Below, piece by piece: positions 1 through 12,892 of a DNA stretch of 64,000 bases. The notes beneath the pieces are model-generated. The model had not been told where the DNA came from, did not search any database, and saw nothing but the letters and a program-made list of their open reading frames with translations. Source of the stretch: an uncultured Veillonellaceae bacterium (GTDB lineage: Bacteria > Bacillota > Negativicutes > JARBTT01). Positions within the stretch are counted from its first letter, which is position 1, and each line of letters opens with the position of its first letter. Made by a program: the position numbers and the translations under genes. The stretch lies in the NCBI GenBank assembly GCA_963805085.1, contig CAWDTA010000004.1, positions 64,001 through 128,000 on the forward strand, read 5' to 3'.

Positions 1-57
1 TAAAGAAATCTCAACTCTCTTATCGCGAGGTAAATCTACTCCGGCAATACGTGCCAT
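1..57 (-). CDS. rpsM: 30S ribosomal protein S13, 5' part (runs off window)
   Basis: Manual translation MARIAGVDLPRDKRVEISL with GGAGGTG SD; follows rpmJ. Confidence 0.93.
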   Translation of the reverse strand, partial: MARIAGVDLPRDKRVEISL

Positions 58-79
58 ATATTCAGCACCTCCTTCTTAA

Positions 80-196
<117 letters not shown>

Positions 197-262
197 CTAA
201 TGCCCCCTTTTCTTACATTGTCAATTCATTTGTCTGAAGCCGAACCTCAGCCAGCAAAAAGA

Positions 263-481
263 CTATTTGAAACGGTAGGTTATACGGCCACGTTTTAAAT
301 CATATGGCGTAAGTTCAATAGTAACTTTATCACCAGGTAGGATACGAATGAAATTCATACGAATTTTACCTGAAACATGTGCCAATACAACATGACCATT
401 TTCTAATTCTACTTGAAACATTGCATTAGGCAATGCTTCAAGAACTGTACCTTCAACCTCAATTACGTCTTGTTTGGACAT
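263..481 (-). CDS. infA: Translation initiation factor IF-1
   Basis: [11 protein letters not shown]...GRITYR, canonical IF-1. Confidence 0.98.
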   Translation of the reverse strand: MSKQDVIEVEGTVLEALPNAMFQVELENGHVVLAHVSGKIRMNFIRILPGDKVTIELTPYDLKRGRITYRFK

Positions 482-513
482 GAGATTTCTCCTCCTCGTC
501 CGCTTGTCACAAA

Positions 514-789
514 TTATCTGGGTTGCAAATTTGCGATAGCGTGGCGAATATCTTCATCCGTAACCTTTCGGCTACTAATGAGGCTATCTGCCACAGCTTT
601 TGAAATCCGCTCGTAAACTTTGACATGCCGAATGTTTTTCTTTTTTGGCTTAATAATAGAACGCTCTCTTCCATCAGACAAAAAAACATTTCTACCATTT
701 ATTCCAACGACCAAGTAAATAGTTTCAGCATCACGACCTGTAATACTTTCAACAACCTGACCTACTGAAATGGTTTGAACTAGTGACAC
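514..789 (-). CDS. KOW-domain RNA-binding protein (L14e-like, YbzG-type)
   Basis: [11 protein letters not shown]...LSDGRER...KPKKKNIRH; usual map-infA position in Bacillota. Confidence 0.85.
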   Translation of the reverse strand: MSLVQTISVGQVVESITGRDAETIYLVVGINGRNVFLSDGRERSIIKPKKKNIRHVKVYERISKAVADSLISSRKVTDEDIRHAIANLQPR

Positions 790-801
790 TGAGGTTCCCC
801 C

Positions 802-1548
802 TTAGCATTTTGTTAAAATTTCTGGCTTATCATCAACAATTGCAATGGTATGCTCGAAATGTGCCGAAGGTTTTCGATCCTTAGTAATAACTGTCCAATC
901 ATCACCTAATGTCTTCACTTCGTGGGTTCCTAGATTTATCATCGGCTCTATCGCTAATGTCATACCAGATTTTAATCGTGGGCCGCGACCAGCCGAACCG
1001 TAATTCGGAATCTGAGGATCTTCATGCATTTTTCTGCCAATGCCATGCCCAACATAGTCACGTACTATTCCGTAACTATACTTTTCTGCAAAGGTTTGAA
1101 CAGCATTAGATATATCTCCGAGACGATTACCCGCTATTGCTTTTTCAATACCTTTGTATAGAGATTGTTCGGTAACATCAAGAAGTTGTTGCATTTCTAC
1201 GCTGACCTCTCCAACAGAAAAGGTCTTCGCAGAATCGCCATTAAATCCATTTATTACCGCACCTATATCAGTACTGACATTATCTCCATTTTTTAACTTT
1301 TTTAAACTAGGTATTCCATGAACAACTTCTTCATTAATAGAAGTACAGATGCTCGCTGGAAAACCACCATAGCCTTTAAAAGCTGGAATTGCACCACAAC
1401 TTCGTATATATTTCTCGGCAATTTTATCAAGCTCGAGTGTACTAACTCCCGGCTTAACAGCGTTTTTAACTTCAACCAGCGTATCCGCCACTATCTTCCC
1501 GGCATCTCGCATGTAATCGATTTCTCGATCAGACTTTAGGATGATCAT
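802..1548 (-). CDS. map: Type I methionine aminopeptidase
   Basis: VVHGIP, GHGIG, HEDP, AIEPM, HFEHT motifs. Confidence 0.98.
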   Translation of the reverse strand: MIILKSDREIDYMRDAGKIVADTLVEVKNAVKPGVSTLELDKIAEKYIRSCGAIPAFKGYGGFPASICTSINEEVVHGIPSLKKLKNGDNVSTDIGAVINGFNGDSAKTFSVGEVSVEMQQLLDVTEQSLYKGIEKAIAGNRLGDISNAVQTFAEKYSYGIVRDYVGHGIGRKMHEDPQIPNYGSAGRGPRLKSGMTLAIEPMINLGTHEVKTLGDDWTVITKDRKPSAHFEHTIAIVDDKPEILTKC

Positions 1549-1550
1549 CC

Positions 1551-2198
1551 TTATTGGCCCCTCAAGCTAGCAACAACATCGGCAAGTACTTTATCAATAG
1601 ACTGTTTGCCATCAATTTCAGTATATAAACCGTTATCTTGATAGTATTGAATGAGCGGCTTTGTCTGTGAAGAATACACTGTAAGACGTTTTGTCATGGT
1701 AGCTTCGCTATCATCATCTCGCTGGTATGTCTCACCGCTACATTTATCGCATATACCTTCTTTTGCAGTTGGATTGTAAGCTACATGATACGTAGCTCCA
1801 CACCCTCTACAAATCCGGCGACCAGTTGCACGGCTGATTAAATCCTCAGCCGGTACACTGATATTTACTACGCGATCAAGTTTTATTTGTAATTCACCTA
1901 GCGTAGCATCAAGAGCATTTGCTTGCTCAAGGGTACGAGGAAAACCATCTAAAATAAAACCTTTTTTACAATCTGGCTTAGCCAAACGTTCTTTTACAAT
2001 ACCGATTGTTACACTGTCTGGAACCAATTGTCCCGCATCCATACATGCTTTTGCTTGTTTACCAAGTTCGGTTCCCTCTTTTACAGCAGCACGGAACATA
2101 TCTCCTGTAGAAATATGTGGAATACCAAACTTATCCACTAGCATTGCCGCTTGTGTGCCTTTACCAGCACCAGGCGGTCCCATTAATAGGATATACAT
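1551..2198 (-). CDS. adk: Adenylate kinase (Zn lid)
   Basis: [10 protein letters not shown]-loop, LDGFPR, CxxC...CxxC lid. Confidence 0.98.
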   Translation of the reverse strand: MYILLMGPPGAGKGTQAAMLVDKFGIPHISTGDMFRAAVKEGTELGKQAKACMDAGQLVPDSVTIGIVKERLAKPDCKKGFILDGFPRTLEQANALDATLGELQIKLDRVVNISVPAEDLISRATGRRICRGCGATYHVAYNPTAKEGICDKCSGETYQRDDDSEATMTKRLTVYSSQTKPLIQYYQDNGLYTEIDGKQSIDKVLADVVASLRGQ

Positions 2199-2214
2199 CT
2201 AAAATTCCTCCCCC

Positions 2215-3471
2215 CTACTTCATGAACCCTTGGTAATGGCGCATTAAGACCATCGCTTCAATCTGCTTCATAGTATCAAGAGCCACACCAACTATAATAA
2301 GTAGGGCAGTACCACCAAAATTCACACCTTGAATATTGGTTGCTGTTGCAACAACATTAGGCAGTATGGCGATAAAAGCAAGAAATATTGATCCAGCAAG
2401 AGTAATTCTGGTCATAACGCGGTCTAAATAATCTGCCGTTGGTTTGCCAGGACGTAATCCCGGAATAAAACCACCGTATTTTTTCAGATTCTCTGCCATA
2501 TCCGATATCTTTACAGTAACCGCAGTATAAAAATATGTGAAGAATACAATCATCAACGCATAAATCGCTGTCTGAAGTGGAGTTCCCCACGCAAAATATC
2601 CCGCAATCGTCTTTACCCATGGTACATCAATAAATTGGGCAATAGTTACTGGAAACATCAGCACGGATGACGCAAAGATTATTGGAATAACACCCGCTTG
2701 ATTAACTTTAAGCGGAATGTGTGTGGAGTGACCACCATACATTTTGCGGCCAACTACACGTTTTGCATACTGAACTGGAATACGACGTTGCCCTTCTTGT
2801 ATCGCAATTACGAGTACAACCATAGCAACAGCGATAATTGCAAAGAATGCAACATTGAAAACACTAACCGTACCTGCTTGCAAGTACTTATAAATCGTAC
2901 CAATACCTTTTGGTAAACTAGCAACGATACCAGCAAAGATAATCAGTGAAATACCATTACCAATGCCTTGTGCCGTAATTTGCTCACCTAACCACATCAA
3001 AAATGTAGTACCAGCTGTTAAGGTAATTGCAATCAATAGTATTGACTCAACACCTGGATTTATAATAGCAGCTTTTAGACCATATGCCATGCCAAGAGCT
3101 TGGATAAAGGCTAAAACCACTGTAGAGTATCGCGTAATCTGGGTGATTTTCTTGCGCCCTTCTTCGCCTTCTTTAGACCATTGTTCAAACTTCGGTACCA
3201 CAACTGTTAAGAGCTGCATAATGATCGAAGCATTGATATATGGGGTAATACTCATTGCAAACACTGAGAATTTACTTAAAGCACCACCGGAAAATAAATC
3301 CATAAGGCCAAAAAGGTTACCACTCGTGAACAATTGTTCAATCACATTAGCATTTACACCTGGAACAGGAATATGAGTTCCTAATCGAAAGATAGCAAAC
3401 ATTACTAATGTAAAAACAATTTTTTGTCTGAGCTCAGTTATCTTGAGTATATTTGCAAGGGCCGAAAACAC
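2215..3471 (-). CDS. secY: Preprotein translocase SecY
   Basis: ITPYINASII, GIGNGISL, FIPGLRPG motifs. Confidence 0.98.
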   Translation of the reverse strand: MFSALANILKITELRQKIVFTLVMFAIFRLGTHIPVPGVNANVIEQLFTSGNLFGLMDLFSGGALSKFSVFAMSITPYINASIIMQLLTVVVPKFEQWSKEGEEGRKKITQITRYSTVVLAFIQALGMAYGLKAAIINPGVESILLIAITLTAGTTFLMWLGEQITAQGIGNGISLIIFAGIVASLPKGIGTIYKYLQAGTVSVFNVAFFAIIAVAMVVLVIAIQEGQRRIPVQYAKRVVGRKMYGGHSTHIPLKVNQAGVIPIIFASSVLMFPVTIAQFIDVPWVKTIAGYFAWGTPLQTAIYALMIVFFTYFYTAVTVKISDMAENLKKYGGFIPGLRPGKPTADYLDRVMTRITLAGSIFLAFIAILPNVVATATNIQGVNFGGTALLIIVGVALDTMKQIEAMVLMRHYQGFMK

Positions 3472-3472
3472 C

Positions 3473-3913
3473 TTAGATCACCTCGACTTTTCCGCCAGCC
3501 GCTGTAATTTTAGCTTCCGCGGATTTTGTAAAGCCGTTAGCGATTACAGTTAATTTCTTCGTAATTTCGCCGTTGCCTAAAATACGTACACCATCATGCA
3601 CATTTTTAAGAACGCCAGCTTCGATTAAAGCAACAGGATCAACTGTTGAACCATCTTCGAAACGATTTAATGTTTCTACGTTCACTTCAGCATATTCGCT
3701 ACCAAATACATTAAAGAATCCACGTTTTGGTAATCTACGATAAAGAGGCATTTGACCGCCTTCAAAACCAGTACGAACACCACCGCCGGAACGAGAATTT
3801 TGACCTTTATGACCTCTACCGGATGTTTTACCTAGACCAGAACCAAGTCCGCGACCAACACGGGTACGTACTTTTTTAGATCCAGCTGCCGGAGCTAATT
3901 CATGTAATTTCAT
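3473..3913 (-). CDS. rplO: 50S ribosomal protein L15
   Basis: GFEGGQMPL motif, spc operon order. Confidence 0.98.
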   Translation of the reverse strand: MKLHELAPAAGSKKVRTRVGRGLGSGLGKTSGRGHKGQNSRSGGGVRTGFEGGQMPLYRRLPKRGFFNVFGSEYAEVNVETLNRFEDGSTVDPVALIEAGVLKNVHDGVRILGNGEITKKLTVIANGFTKSAEAKITAAGGKVEVI

Positions 3914-3931
3914 ACAAGCACCTCCTTGAAC

Positions 3932-4117
3932 TTAGTCTTGCAATTCTTCAACTGTAACAAGATGTTCAACTTTGTGAACCATGCCGCGAATAGCCGCAGT
4001 ATCTTCTTGTTCGACTGACGAATTTAATTTGTGTAATCCTAAAGCCTTAACAGTAGCTCTTTGATTTTCAGGTCTTCCTATCAAGCTTCTGGTAAGAGTG
4101 ATTTTTAATTTTGCCAT
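3932..4117 (-). CDS. rpmD: 50S ribosomal protein L30
   Basis: [14 protein letters not shown]; operon order. Confidence 0.96.
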   Translation of the reverse strand: MAKLKITLTRSLIGRPENQRATVKALGLHKLNSSVEQEDTAAIRGMVHKVEHLVTVEELQD

Positions 4118-4129
4118 CAAAATGCCTCC

Positions 4130-4630
4130 TTAACCCAAAAGTTCTTGAACAGTTTTACCACGAAGTTCAGCCACTAATTCAGCTTTTTTAAGTTGATCTA
4201 AACCTTTTAATGTAGCACGAACCATATTATTAGGGTTAGATGAACCAAGTGATTTTGTTAAGATGTCATGAATACCAGCAAGTTCAAGCACAGCACGTGC
4301 AGGACCACCAGCGATAACACCAGTACCTTTTCCAGCAGGTTTTAATAATACACGACCTGCGCCAAATACACCAATAATTTGATGAGGAATTGTTTTTCCT
4401 ACTAATGAAACATTAATAAGATTTTTCTTAGCATCTTCAATGCCTTTTCTGATTGCTTCAGGAACTTCACCAGCTTTACCTAAACCGGCACCAACGTGAC
4501 CGTTTCCATCACCAACAACAACAAGTGCGCTGAATGAAAAACGACGTCCACCTTTAACAACTTTAGCAACTCTGTTAATATAAACAACTTTCTCTTGTAA
4601 CTCAAGAGCAGTATAGTCGATTCTGGCCAT
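4130..4630 (-). CDS. rpsE: 30S ribosomal protein S5
   Basis: [24 protein letters not shown]. Confidence 0.98.
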   Translation of the reverse strand: MARIDYTALELQEKVVYINRVAKVVKGGRRFSFSALVVVGDGNGHVGAGLGKAGEVPEAIRKGIEDAKKNLINVSLVGKTIPHQIIGVFGAGRVLLKPAGKGTGVIAGGPARAVLELAGIHDILTKSLGSSNPNNMVRATLKGLDQLKKAELVAELRGKTVQELLG

Positions 4631-4654
4631 TAATTTACCTCCTTTTCCAAAAAA

Positions 4655-5014
4655 CTAGAATTTAAGACCCGCTTCGCGAGCTGCTTCAGCTACTGCAGCT
4701 ACTCTACCATGATAGATATAGCCACCACGATCAAATACTACTTCAGTAATACCTTTTTCTACAGCACGTTTTGCAACTGCTGCGCCAACTGCTTTTGCAG
4801 CTTCGATATTACCACCATAAATAGTAAAGTCTTTATCTTTTGAACTTGCTGCAACTAAGGTTACACCATTTACGTCATCAATGATTTGTGCATAAATATT
4901 GCTTAAGCTACGAAACACGTTTAAACGCGGTTTTTGAGCTGTACCAGAAATATTTTTACGAACTCTTAAGTGACGTTTTTGACGACCTTTGTTTTTATCT
5001 GCTTTAAGAAGCAA
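4655..5014 (-). CDS. rplR: 50S ribosomal protein L18
   Basis: [20 protein letters not shown]; TTG start chosen from SD spacing. Confidence 0.96.
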   Translation of the reverse strand: MLLKADKNKGRQKRHLRVRKNISGTAQKPRLNVFRSLSNIYAQIIDDVNGVTLVAASSKDKDFTIYGGNIEAAKAVGAAVAKRAVEKGITEVVFDRGGYIYHGRVAAVAEAAREAGLKF

Positions 5015-5039
5015 GTTAGTCACTCCTTTCACTTAAAGA

Positions 5040-5591
5040 TTACTTCTTGCCTTTACCGCCGGCTTTACCAACTTTACGACGAACAACTTCGCCTTCATAT
5101 TTAATCCCTTTACCTTTGTAAGGTTCTGGTTCTCTATATCCACGAATATTAGCTGCAATAGCGCCAACTTCTTCTTTATTAATGCCCAAAACAATAATTT
5201 TGTTTGGAGCTGGAACTTCTAGAGTAATACCTTTAGGTGGTTCCACTACTACAGGATGGGAGAAACCAAGAGATAAGTTAACGTTTTGTCCAGCTTTTGC
5301 TGCTCTATAACCAACACCGTTGATTTCAAGAGTTTTGCTGAAGCCTACAGTAACACCAATAACCATATTGGAAACTAATGTGCGAGTTAAACCATGTAAT
5401 GATCTATGCTCTTTAACATCTGAAGGACGTTTTACTGTAATAACGTTTTCTTCGATTTCAATTATCATGTCTTTATGCAAAGTACGAGTAAGTTCGCCTT
5501 TAGGACCTTTTACTGTCACCGTATTATCTTCTGCTATTGTAACTGTTACACCAGCAGGAATTGTAATAGGTGCTCTACCAATTCTTGACAT
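5040..5591 (-). CDS. rplF: 50S ribosomal protein L6
   Basis: MSRIGR..., PEPYKGKGI. Confidence 0.98.
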   Translation of the reverse strand: MSRIGRAPITIPAGVTVTIAEDNTVTVKGPKGELTRTLHKDMIIEIEENVITVKRPSDVKEHRSLHGLTRTLVSNMVIGVTVGFSKTLEINGVGYRAAKAGQNVNLSLGFSHPVVVEPPKGITLEVPAPNKIIVLGINKEEVGAIAANIRGYREPEPYKGKGIKYEGEVVRRKVGKAGGKGKK

Positions 5592-5620
5592 CCATACACC
5601 TCCTAGCTACAAAAAATATA

Positions 5621-6019
5621 TTACCAAACGTAAGCGATTACTTCTCCACCAAGACCATTACGACGAGCTTGTTTGTCACTCATAATGCCTTTTGAAGTGG
5701 AAACAATAGCGATACCAAGACCACCAAGTACACGAGGTAATTGTTCGCTTTTAGCATATACACGTAAACCAGGTTTGGAAATACGTTTAATGCCTGTGAT
5801 TACTTTTTCGCGGTTAGGACCATATTTAAGGTTCACGCGAATAACGCCTTGTTTGCTGTCAGAAGTAAAGTCAAAATCTTTAATGAAACCTTCTTCTTTT
5901 AAAATAACAGCAATTGCTTGTTTAATTTTAGATCCTGGTATTTCTACTTTCTCATGATATACGGAGTTTGCATTACGCAAACGAGTTAGCATATCAGCAA
6001 TTGGATCAGTCATTACCAT
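5621..6019 (-). CDS. rpsH: 30S ribosomal protein S8
   Basis: [18 protein letters not shown]. Confidence 0.98.
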   Translation of the reverse strand: MVMTDPIADMLTRLRNANSVYHEKVEIPGSKIKQAIAVILKEEGFIKDFDFTSDSKQGVIRVNLKYGPNREKVITGIKRISKPGLRVYAKSEQLPRVLGGLGIAIVSTSKGIMSDKQARRNGLGGEVIAYVW

Positions 6020-6045
6020 AGATAGATATCCTCCTTCCGTTAATG

Positions 6046-6231
6046 TTACCAGCTAGCTTTGGTTACCCCAGGGATAGCACCTTTGTAGCTTTGTTCTCTA
6101 AAACAAATACGGCACATTTCGAATTTACGCATGTATCCGTGTGGACGGCCACAAATTTTACATCTATTATATCTACGAACTTCAAATTTCGGTTCGCGAC
6201 CCCATTTTTCAATCATCGCCTTTTTGGCCAC
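6046..6231 (-). CDS. rpsN: 30S ribosomal protein S14 type Z (Zn-binding)
   Basis: 61 aa, RCKICGR...CRICFRE. Confidence 0.97.
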   Translation of the reverse strand: MAKKAMIEKWGREPKFEVRRYNRCKICGRPHGYMRKFEMCRICFREQSYKGAIPGVTKASW

Positions 6232-6245
6232 AGTAAGTACCTCCT

Positions 6246-6785
6246 TTACGCGCTAAATGGCATTCCCATTAATTTTAGAAGCTCTCTTGCTTCTTCATCT
6301 GTTTTTGCTGTTGTTACAACGATAATATTCATACCACGAATTTTATCAATCTTGTCATATTCAATTTCAGGAAAAATTAATTGCTCTTTAAGACCCATGG
6401 AATAGTTGCCACGTCCATCAAAAGATTTAGCATTAATACCACGGAAATCACGAACACGTGGAAGAGCCACGTTCATAAATTTATCCATGAATTGATACAT
6501 ACGTACGCCACGAAGAGTTACTTTCGCGCCGATTGGCATGCCTTCACGTAATTTCCAAACTGCTAAAGATTTTTTAGCACGGGTTAAGATTGGTTTTTGA
6601 CCAGCGATTAATGTCATATCACTAACTGCTGAATCTAGAACTTTAGGGTTACCTACAGCCTCACCAACACCCATATTAATAATAACTTTGTCAATTTTAG
6701 GTATTTCCATTACGTTTTTATATCCGAACTTTTCAGTTAAAGCTGGAACTACTTCATTAAGATATTTTTCTTTAAGTCTATCCAC
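6246..6785 (-). CDS. rplE: 50S ribosomal protein L5
   Basis: [15 protein letters not shown]. Confidence 0.98.
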   Translation of the reverse strand: MDRLKEKYLNEVVPALTEKFGYKNVMEIPKIDKVIINMGVGEAVGNPKVLDSAVSDMTLIAGQKPILTRAKKSLAVWKLREGMPIGAKVTLRGVRMYQFMDKFMNVALPRVRDFRGINAKSFDGRGNYSMGLKEQLIFPEIEYDKIDKIRGMNIIVVTTAKTDEEARELLKLMGMPFSA

Positions 6786-6814
6786 TGATAGGCTACCTCC
6801 TTTCGCTTCAAATT

Positions 6815-7141
6815 TTATTTATCAACGATTTCTCCGCACTTTTTGCAAGCACGAACTAATTTACCATTAACATCTTTTTTAGCAATACGAGTTGCTTTTG
6901 AACATGCTGGGCATACAAGCATTACTTTAGCCACATGCATTGGAGCTTCTTTAACCATAATGCCACCTTGCGGAGCACTTTGACTAGGTTTCGTGTGACG
7001 TTTTACTTTGTTAACGCCTTCAACGACAACTTTATCTTTTTTAGGTAATGCTTCAATGATTTGACCTTGTTTGCCTTTATCTTTGCCAGACAATACTAAA
7101 ACTGTATCGCCTTTTTTTACGTGCAATTTGTTTTGTGACAA
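6815..7141 (-). CDS. rplX: 50S ribosomal protein L24
   Basis: [19 protein letters not shown] motif; TTG start by SD spacing. Confidence 0.96.
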   Translation of the reverse strand: MSQNKLHVKKGDTVLVLSGKDKGKQGQIIEALPKKDKVVVEGVNKVKRHTKPSQSAPQGGIMVKEAPMHVAKVMLVCPACSKATRIAKKDVNGKLVRACKKCGEIVDK

Positions 7142-7158
7142 ATAGGACACCTCCTAAC

Positions 7159-7527
7159 TTAGATTACTTCTGGAGCTAGTGAGACGATTTTCATGAAATC
7201 TTTGTCACGCAACTCTCTAGCTACTGGTCCGAAAATACGAGTACCTCTTGGAGTCTTATCATCTTTAATGACAACGGCAGCGTTTTCATCAAAACGAATA
7301 TAAGAACCATCTGGACGACGTAAACCTTTTTTGGTACGTACAACTACAGCTTTAACAACATCACCTTTTTTAACTACACCGCCAGGTGATGCAGATTTAA
7401 CTGCAGCAACAATTACGTCACCAATGTTAGCGAATTTACGATAAGAACCACCAAGTACACGAATGCACATGATTTCCTTAGCACCAGTGTTATCACCAAC
7501 GTTAAGCATTGTTTGTTGTTGAATCAT
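7159..7527 (-). CDS. rplN: 50S ribosomal protein L14
   Basis: [19 protein letters not shown]. Confidence 0.98.
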   Translation of the reverse strand: MIQQQTMLNVGDNTGAKEIMCIRVLGGSYRKFANIGDVIVAAVKSASPGGVVKKGDVVKAVVVRTKKGLRRPDGSYIRFDENAAVVIKDDKTPRGTRIFGPVARELRDKDFMKIVSLAPEVI

Positions 7528-7588
7528 TGTGTTACCTCCTTCTTGAGATTTTCCAGTTCATTTCAAAGGCGAAATAAGCGAATTTTTA

Positions 7589-7846
7589 TTATTTTGCTCT
7601 TGATAGAACTTCAATAACTCTCCAACGCTTATCTTTAGACAATGGACGAGTTTCCATCATTTCAACAGTATCGCCAATATGTGCGTCATTATTTTCATCA
7701 TGCGCTTTGAATTTAACAGTTTGTTTTACCGCTTTTTTGTATAGTGGATGTTGAACAAGACGTTCAACTGCTACTACAACAGTTTTGTCCATTTTGTCAC
7801 TTACCACTTTACCAACTTTAGTCTTGCGATCATTTCTTTCAGTCAT
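7589..7846 (-). CDS. rpsQ: 30S ribosomal protein S17
   Basis: [22 protein letters not shown]. Confidence 0.98.
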   Translation of the reverse strand: MTERNDRKTKVGKVVSDKMDKTVVVAVERLVQHPLYKKAVKQTVKFKAHDENNDAHIGDTVEMMETRPLSKDKRWRVIEVLSRAK

Positions 7847-7906
7847 GCCTGAATAGCCTCCTTCCGTTGCATATCATTTTTTAGCCGCCAAAAATATTCG
7901 CGTGAA

Positions 7907-8101
7907 TTAAGCTTTTAACTCTTGTTCACGTTGGATTGTTTTAATGCGAGCAATTGTTTTCTTTACATCTTTGATACGCATTGGGTTTTCAAGCTGGCCA
8001 GTAGCAAGTTGAAATCTGAGGTTAAATAGTTCTTCCTTTAGAGAAGCAAGTTTTTGGTTAAGTTCAACTTCATTCATATCACGTATATCATTAACCTTCA
8101 T
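7907..8101 (-). CDS. rpmC: 50S ribosomal protein L29
   Basis: [16 protein letters not shown]. Confidence 0.97.
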   Translation of the reverse strand: MKVNDIRDMNEVELNQKLASLKEELFNLRFQLATGQLENPMRIKDVKKTIARIKTIQREQELKA

Positions 8102-8552
8102 TTACTTCACCGCCCTCTGCTTGCTCTTGAGCCTGTTTTTGAGCTTGTTCACGTGTAACGAATTTTGTTTTAATAGGAAGTTTATGTGCAGCAAGACGCA
8201 TAGCTTCTTTTGCAGTTTCCTCTGTAACGCCATCCATTTCGAACATGATACGACCTGGTTTAACTACTGCTACCCAGTATTCTACTGAACCTTTACCACT
8301 ACCCATACGAGTTTCGGCAGGTTTTGCAGTTACAGGTTTATCTGGGAAAATTTTGATCCAAACTTTACCACCACGTTTGATATAACGAGTCATAGCAATA
8401 CGAGCAGCTTCAATTTGTCTATTGGTAATCCAAGCAGGTTCTAATGCTTGTAAGCCAAATTCACCATGACTTACTGTATTTCCTCTGGTTGCTTTACCTT
8501 TCATACGACCGCGGAACTGTTTGCGGTGTTTTACTCTTTTTGGTAATAACAT
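8091..8552 (-). CDS. rplP: 50S ribosomal protein L16
   Basis: RMGSGKG, IFPDKP. Confidence 0.98.
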   Translation of the reverse strand: MLLPKRVKHRKQFRGRMKGKATRGNTVSHGEFGLQALEPAWITNRQIEAARIAMTRYIKRGGKVWIKIFPDKPVTAKPAETRMGSGKGSVEYWVAVVKPGRIMFEMDGVTEETAKEAMRLAAHKLPIKTKFVTREQAQKQAQEQAEGGEVNEG

Positions 8553-9223
8553 TATGCTTCGCTCCCTTCGACAGCGGCAGCAACGACTTTTTTCACTTCA
8601 GGTAAAATTTCACCTTTGAAGATCCAAACTTTTACGCCGATAAGGCCGTAAGTAGTGTGAGCCTCAGCAGTACCATAGTCAATGTCAGCTCTTAAAGTAT
8701 GAAGTGGAATACTCCCTTCACGATAAGCTTCACTTCTAGCAATTTCAGCTCCGCCTAAACGACCGCCTACCATTACTTTGATACCTTTAGCACCCATACG
8801 CATTGTACGACCAACCGCTTGTTTCATAGCACGGCGGAACGCAATACGACGTTCTAATTGAGCTGCAATATTTTCAGCTACTAATGTTGAATCTAAATCT
8901 GGTTGCTTAATTTCAGCAATGTTGATATCAACATGTTTAGTAGTTAGTTTTTTCAAACCATTTTTGATTTGTTCGATTCCTGAACCACCACGACCAATAA
9001 CCATACCAGGTTTTGCAGTATGAATCGTCAATTTAAGACGATTTTGACCACGTTCAGTTTCAATTTTAGATACGCCCGCATTGCGAAGTAAAGCTTTCAA
9101 ATACGTACGCACTTTTATATCTTCATGCAAGTTGCTTGCATAGTCTTTATCTGCATACCACTTAGCATCCCACGTTTTAACAACGCCAAGGCGCAAGCCA
9201 TGTGGATTAACTTTTTGACCCAA
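8552..9223 (-). CDS. rpsC: 30S ribosomal protein S3
   Basis: [23 protein letters not shown]. Confidence 0.98.
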   Translation of the reverse strand: MGQKVNPHGLRLGVVKTWDAKWYADKDYASNLHEDIKVRTYLKALLRNAGVSKIETERGQNRLKLTIHTAKPGMVIGRGGSGIEQIKNGLKKLTTKHVDINIAEIKQPDLDSTLVAENIAAQLERRIAFRRAMKQAVGRTMRMGAKGIKVMVGGRLGGAEIARSEAYREGSIPLHTLRADIDYGTAEAHTTYGLIGVKVWIFKGEILPEVKKVVAAAVEGSEA

Positions 9224-9239
9224 TTCGTTTCCCTCCTTT

Positions 9240-9572
9240 TTATCTTTCTTTTACAACAACCGTAACGTGACTTGAACGTTTTAAAATTTTAAACGCTTGC
9301 CCACGAGAACGTGGATGAATACGTTTCAATGTAGGCCCTTGGTCTACATATGCCGCAGCGATATAAAGATTATCAACATTCATATCAAAGTTGTGTTCAG
9401 CATTTGCTACAGCTGATTTCAAAACTTTTTCTATAACATCAGCACCAACTTTTGGTGTGAATTTTAAAATTGCAAACGCTTCTCCGATTTGTTTACCACG
9501 GATTAAATCCATAACTATACGAATTTTACGAGGAGCGACGCGAATGTATTTTGCTACTGATTTAGCTTCCAC
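9240..9572 (-). CDS. rplV: 50S ribosomal protein L22
   Basis: [15 protein letters not shown]. Confidence 0.98.
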   Translation of the reverse strand: MEAKSVAKYIRVAPRKIRIVMDLIRGKQIGEAFAILKFTPKVGADVIEKVLKSAVANAEHNFDMNVDNLYIAAAYVDQGPTLKRIHPRSRGQAFKILKRSSHVTVVVKER

Positions 9573-9596
9573 AGATTAGCCTCCTTTCGGCAAAAA

Positions 9597-9878
9597 CTAC
9601 TTAAGTGATGTACGTCTTTCTTCGCCGGAATGCCCTTTGAAAGTACGAGTCGGCGCGAATTCACCAAGTTTGTGACCTACCATATCTTCAGTTACATAAA
9701 CAGGTACATGTTTACGACCGTCATGCACTGCTATAGTGTGACCAACAAAATTAGGAAGAATAGTTGAACTACGTGACCACGTTTTTATAACTTTTTTCTC
9801 ATTAGTTGCATTCATGGCGTCAATTTTTTTAAGAACGCTTTCATGAACATATGGTCCTTTTTTAATTGATCTTGACAA
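9597..9878 (-). CDS. rpsS: 30S ribosomal protein S19
   Basis: [13 protein letters not shown]. Confidence 0.98.
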   Translation of the reverse strand: MSRSIKKGPYVHESVLKKIDAMNATNEKKVIKTWSRSSTILPNFVGHTIAVHDGRKHVPVYVTEDMVGHKLGEFAPTRTFKGHSGEERRTSLK

Positions 9879-9955
9879 TGATGTATCCTCCTTTCGCCAA
9901 GGCGAGGAACTTAAAATTTCAAGTTTCGCGCCTATATCTTATATCAATCTTTTAA

Positions 9956-10783
9956 TTATTTCGTACGACCTTTGACAATAAACTTGTCAGAGTTCTTTTT
10001 ACGACGAGTTGTAGCACCCATAGCATGTTTACCCCATGGAGTAACAGGATGTTTACGACCAACTGGGCTACGACCTTCACCACCACCATGTGGATGGTCA
10101 TTAGGATTCATTGTTACCCCACGATTAGCAGGACGAATACCTAACCAACGAGAACGACCAGCTTTACCAATTGTAATGTTTTCATGTTCAAGATTACCTA
10201 CTTGACCAATCGTTGCTTTACAATTGATATGAACTTTACGTAACTCACCTGAAGGCATACGAAGAAGTGCATAATCGCCCTCTTTCGCCATTAATTGAGC
10301 ACCTGTACCAGCGGAACGAACCAATTGTCCACCTTTACCGATTTTCATCTCAATATTATGAATCATAGTACCAACAGGAATATTTATAATTGGTAACGCA
10401 TTACCAGGCTTGATATCAGCTTCAGGACCAGATACAATTTTATCCCCAACTTTAATACCGTTAGGTGCTAAGATGTAACGTTTTTCACCATCAGCATAAT
10501 TTAAAAGCGCAATACGCGCTGAACGGTTCGGATCGTATTCAATTGTAGCAACAGTTGCTTGAATATCATCTTTATTCCGTTTGAAGTCAATCACACGGTA
10601 TAAACGTTTGTGACCGCCACCTTGATGTCTTACTGTTAGACGACCTAGATGATTACGACCACCATGTTTTTGTAGACGCTCAACTAGAGCTTTCTCAGGT
10701 TTGTCAGTAGTGATTTCATCGAAACTAGCTACTGTCATGAATCTTCTACCTGCAGAATATGGTTTAAAACTTTTTACTGCCAT
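9956..10783 (-). CDS. rplB: 50S ribosomal protein L2
   Basis: [17 protein letters not shown]. Confidence 0.99.
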   Translation of the reverse strand: MAVKSFKPYSAGRRFMTVASFDEITTDKPEKALVERLQKHGGRNHLGRLTVRHQGGGHKRLYRVIDFKRNKDDIQATVATIEYDPNRSARIALLNYADGEKRYILAPNGIKVGDKIVSGPEADIKPGNALPIINIPVGTMIHNIEMKIGKGGQLVRSAGTGAQLMAKEGDYALLRMPSGELRKVHINCKATIGQVGNLEHENITIGKAGRSRWLGIRPANRGVTMNPNDHPHGGGEGRSPVGRKHPVTPWGKHAMGATTRRKKNSDKFIVKGRTK

Positions 10784-10815
10784 TGGTTAACCTCCTTTTC
10801 CAAAAACTTAAGCTA

Positions 10816-11103
10816 TTATACACCTTCGAAGAATTCGATGCTTTCGCCAGGTGCAAGTTTAACAATAGCTTTTTTATAATCTGCGCGTTTGCCTTGACTG
10901 CGACCCATACGTTTTACTTTTCCTAACACGTTTACAGTGTTTACTACAAGAACTTTTACTTTGAATATTTCTTGAACAGCAGTTCTTATTTCAACTTTGT
11001 TAGCTGTCTTAGGAACAACAAATGTATATTTGCCTTCTTGCATCAACGCAGTTGTTCTTTCAGTGATAAGCGGACGGATTAAAATATCGCGTGCATTTGC
11101 CAT
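10816..11103 (-). CDS. rplW: 50S ribosomal protein L23
   Basis: RPLITE...YKKAIV; S10 operon order. Confidence 0.97.
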   Translation of the reverse strand: MANARDILIRPLITERTTALMQEGKYTFVVPKTANKVEIRTAVQEIFKVKVLVVNTVNVLGKVKRMGRSQGKRADYKKAIVKLAPGESIEFFEGV

Positions 11104-11729
11104 TACGCAAGTACCTCCTCAATGCGGGTAACTGCATCTTTAGTAATGAAAAGCTTGTTATGATTTAAGATATCATAAACATTAAGCCCACGAGAACTAA
11201 TAGCTTTTACACCAGGAATATTACGTGAAGATTTTTCCACGTTTTCAATTGCCTCAGCTGTAATGATAAGAGCTTTCTTATCCACACTGAAATCGTTCAA
11301 CATTTGTACAACGTTTTTAGTTTTAGCTTGTTCAAAAGCGATGCTATCAACAATAACTAATTCTCCACTTTGTACTTTTGATGACAACGCACATCTAATT
11401 GCTAAACGACGTTGTTTACGAGGCATTCTGAATGCATATGAACGAGGTGATGGACCAAATACAGTACCACCGCCTACCCAAATTGGTGAACGGGTGCTAC
11501 CTGAACGAGCACGACCAGTACCTTTTTGTTTCCAAGGTTTACGTCCGCCACCGCGTACGAAACCTCTAGTTTTAGTTGCATGCGTACCAAGACGTTGACT
11601 TGCAAGTTGCATCACAACAGCTTGATGAACAACAGCTTCGTTAACTTCTACACCAAATACGCTTTCATTTAATTCTAATTCTTCGCCAGTCTGTTTACCA
11701 GCGATTGTATAGACTGCTACTTTAGGCAT
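11103..11729 (-). CDS. rplD: 50S ribosomal protein L4
   Basis: [12 protein letters not shown]; ATG start at MPKVAV. Confidence 0.97.
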   Translation of the reverse strand: MPKVAVYTIAGKQTGEELELNESVFGVEVNEAVVHQAVVMQLASQRLGTHATKTRGFVRGGGRKPWKQKGTGRARSGSTRSPIWVGGGTVFGPSPRSYAFRMPRKQRRLAIRCALSSKVQSGELVIVDSIAFEQAKTKNVVQMLNDFSVDKKALIITAEAIENVEKSSRNIPGVKAISSRGLNVYDILNHNKLFITKDAVTRIEEVLA

Positions 11730-11764
11730 AATATAGCACATCCTCCTTTCGAGCTCAAAAGAGC

Positions 11765-12406
11765 TTATTTGTTAGGTTTTACAGTATTTTTAATAACAAC
11801 GTAGCTACCCTTTGGACCAGGAATAGCACCCTTGATTAAAATCAAATTACGGTCAGTGTCTACTCTTACAACGCTTAAACGTTGAAGTGTTACTTTTTGA
11901 GTGCCCATACGACCTGGTAATTTTTTACCTTTTAAGACTTTACCGCCGCCACCACTCATCATTGCGCCAGTTGAACCTGGTTCGCGATGTGATTTAGATC
12001 CATGGCCCATAGGTCCACGACTAAAATTATGACGTTTAATTGCACCAGCAAAACCTTTACCTTTTGCAGTACCAGTAACATCAATTAATTCACCAGCACT
12101 AAATATGTCAACGCCGATTATATCACCAGCATTATATTCAGAAGCATCAGATAAGCGCATTTCGCGAATAAACTTCACTGCATCCGCGCCAGCTTTTGCA
12201 AAATGACCTTTCATAGGTTTTGTAACGTGTTTTTCTTTCATAACACCAAAGCCTAATTGTACAGCATTATAGCCATCATTTTCAACAGTTTTGTTTTGAA
12301 TTACAACAGTTTTACCTGATTCAACAACAGTAACTGGAACAACTTTACCTTCTTCGGTAAAGATTTGGGTCATACCAAGTTTTTTACCTAAAATTCCTTT
12401 AGCCAT
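11765..12406 (-). CDS. rplC: 50S ribosomal protein L3
   Basis: [26 protein letters not shown]. Confidence 0.98.
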   Translation of the reverse strand: MAKGILGKKLGMTQIFTEEGKVVPVTVVESGKTVVIQNKTVENDGYNAVQLGFGVMKEKHVTKPMKGHFAKAGADAVKFIREMRLSDASEYNAGDIIGVDIFSAGELIDVTGTAKGKGFAGAIKRHNFSRGPMGHGSKSHREPGSTGAMMSGGGGKVLKGKKLPGRMGTQKVTLQRLSVVRVDTDRNLILIKGAIPGPKGSYVVIKNTVKPNK

Positions 12407-12424
12407 TCATTCCACCTCCTCTTA

Positions 12425-12736
12425 TTACAATTTAATTTCGATATCCACACCAGCTGGCAAATCCAAACGCATTAAAGCGTCAACGGTTTTGGAAGTTGGT
12501 TCTAAGATGTCAATTAGACGTTTGTGAGTACGCATTTCGAATTGCTCACGGGAATCTTTATTAACATGTGGAGAACGTAAGATTGTAAAAATGTTTTTTT
12601 CAGTAGGTAGTGGAATAGGGCCTGATACCATAGCACCTGTTCTTTTTGCAGTATCTACGATTTTCACCGCGCTTTGATCAAGAGCTTTATGATCATATGC
12701 TTTTAAACGAATTCTGATTTTTTGTTGTTTAGCCAA
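12425..12736 (-). CDS. rpsJ: 30S ribosomal protein S10
   Basis: [22 protein letters not shown]; TTG start after AAGGAGG. Confidence 0.97.
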   Translation of the reverse strand: MAKQQKIRIRLKAYDHKALDQSAVKIVDTAKRTGAMVSGPIPLPTEKNIFTILRSPHVNKDSREQFEMRTHKRLIDILEPTSKTVDALMRLDLPAGVDIEIKL

Positions 12737-12749
12737 TTTATATTTCCTC

Positions 12750-12838
12750 CTTATCGCCCAGTTTCTAGAACGGACATTTCTCCGTAATAGTTCCCTCACA
12801 AAACGTGAGCAATCTACTACGTCATCGCTTGGGGTACA
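12750..12838 (-). ncRNA. Putative S10 ribosomal leader (S10-Clostridia-like)
   Basis: GCGATGAC...GGAGAAATGTCCG...GGGCGA upstream of rpsJ resembles the clostridial S10 leader as I recall it; needs Rfam confirmation. Confidence 0.6.
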
Positions 12839-12849
12839 AAAATCTTATT

Positions 12850-12877
12850 TATAGGGGCGACTGAAGTCGCCCCTATA
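12850..12877 (-). terminator. Hairpin after tuf
   Basis: TATAGGGGCGAC-4nt-GTCGCCCCTATA perfect stem, weak U-tract (leaky terminator or stabiliser). Confidence 0.7.
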
Positions 12878-12892
12878 GTATTGATACTAAAA

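Noticed and set aside
514-789. KOW/L14e-like gene as a novelty
   Set aside because: Common at the map-infA position in Bacillota
8091-8150. [11 protein letters not shown] extension of L16
   Set aside because: Variable low-complexity tail overlapping the rpmC SD; no evidence of function
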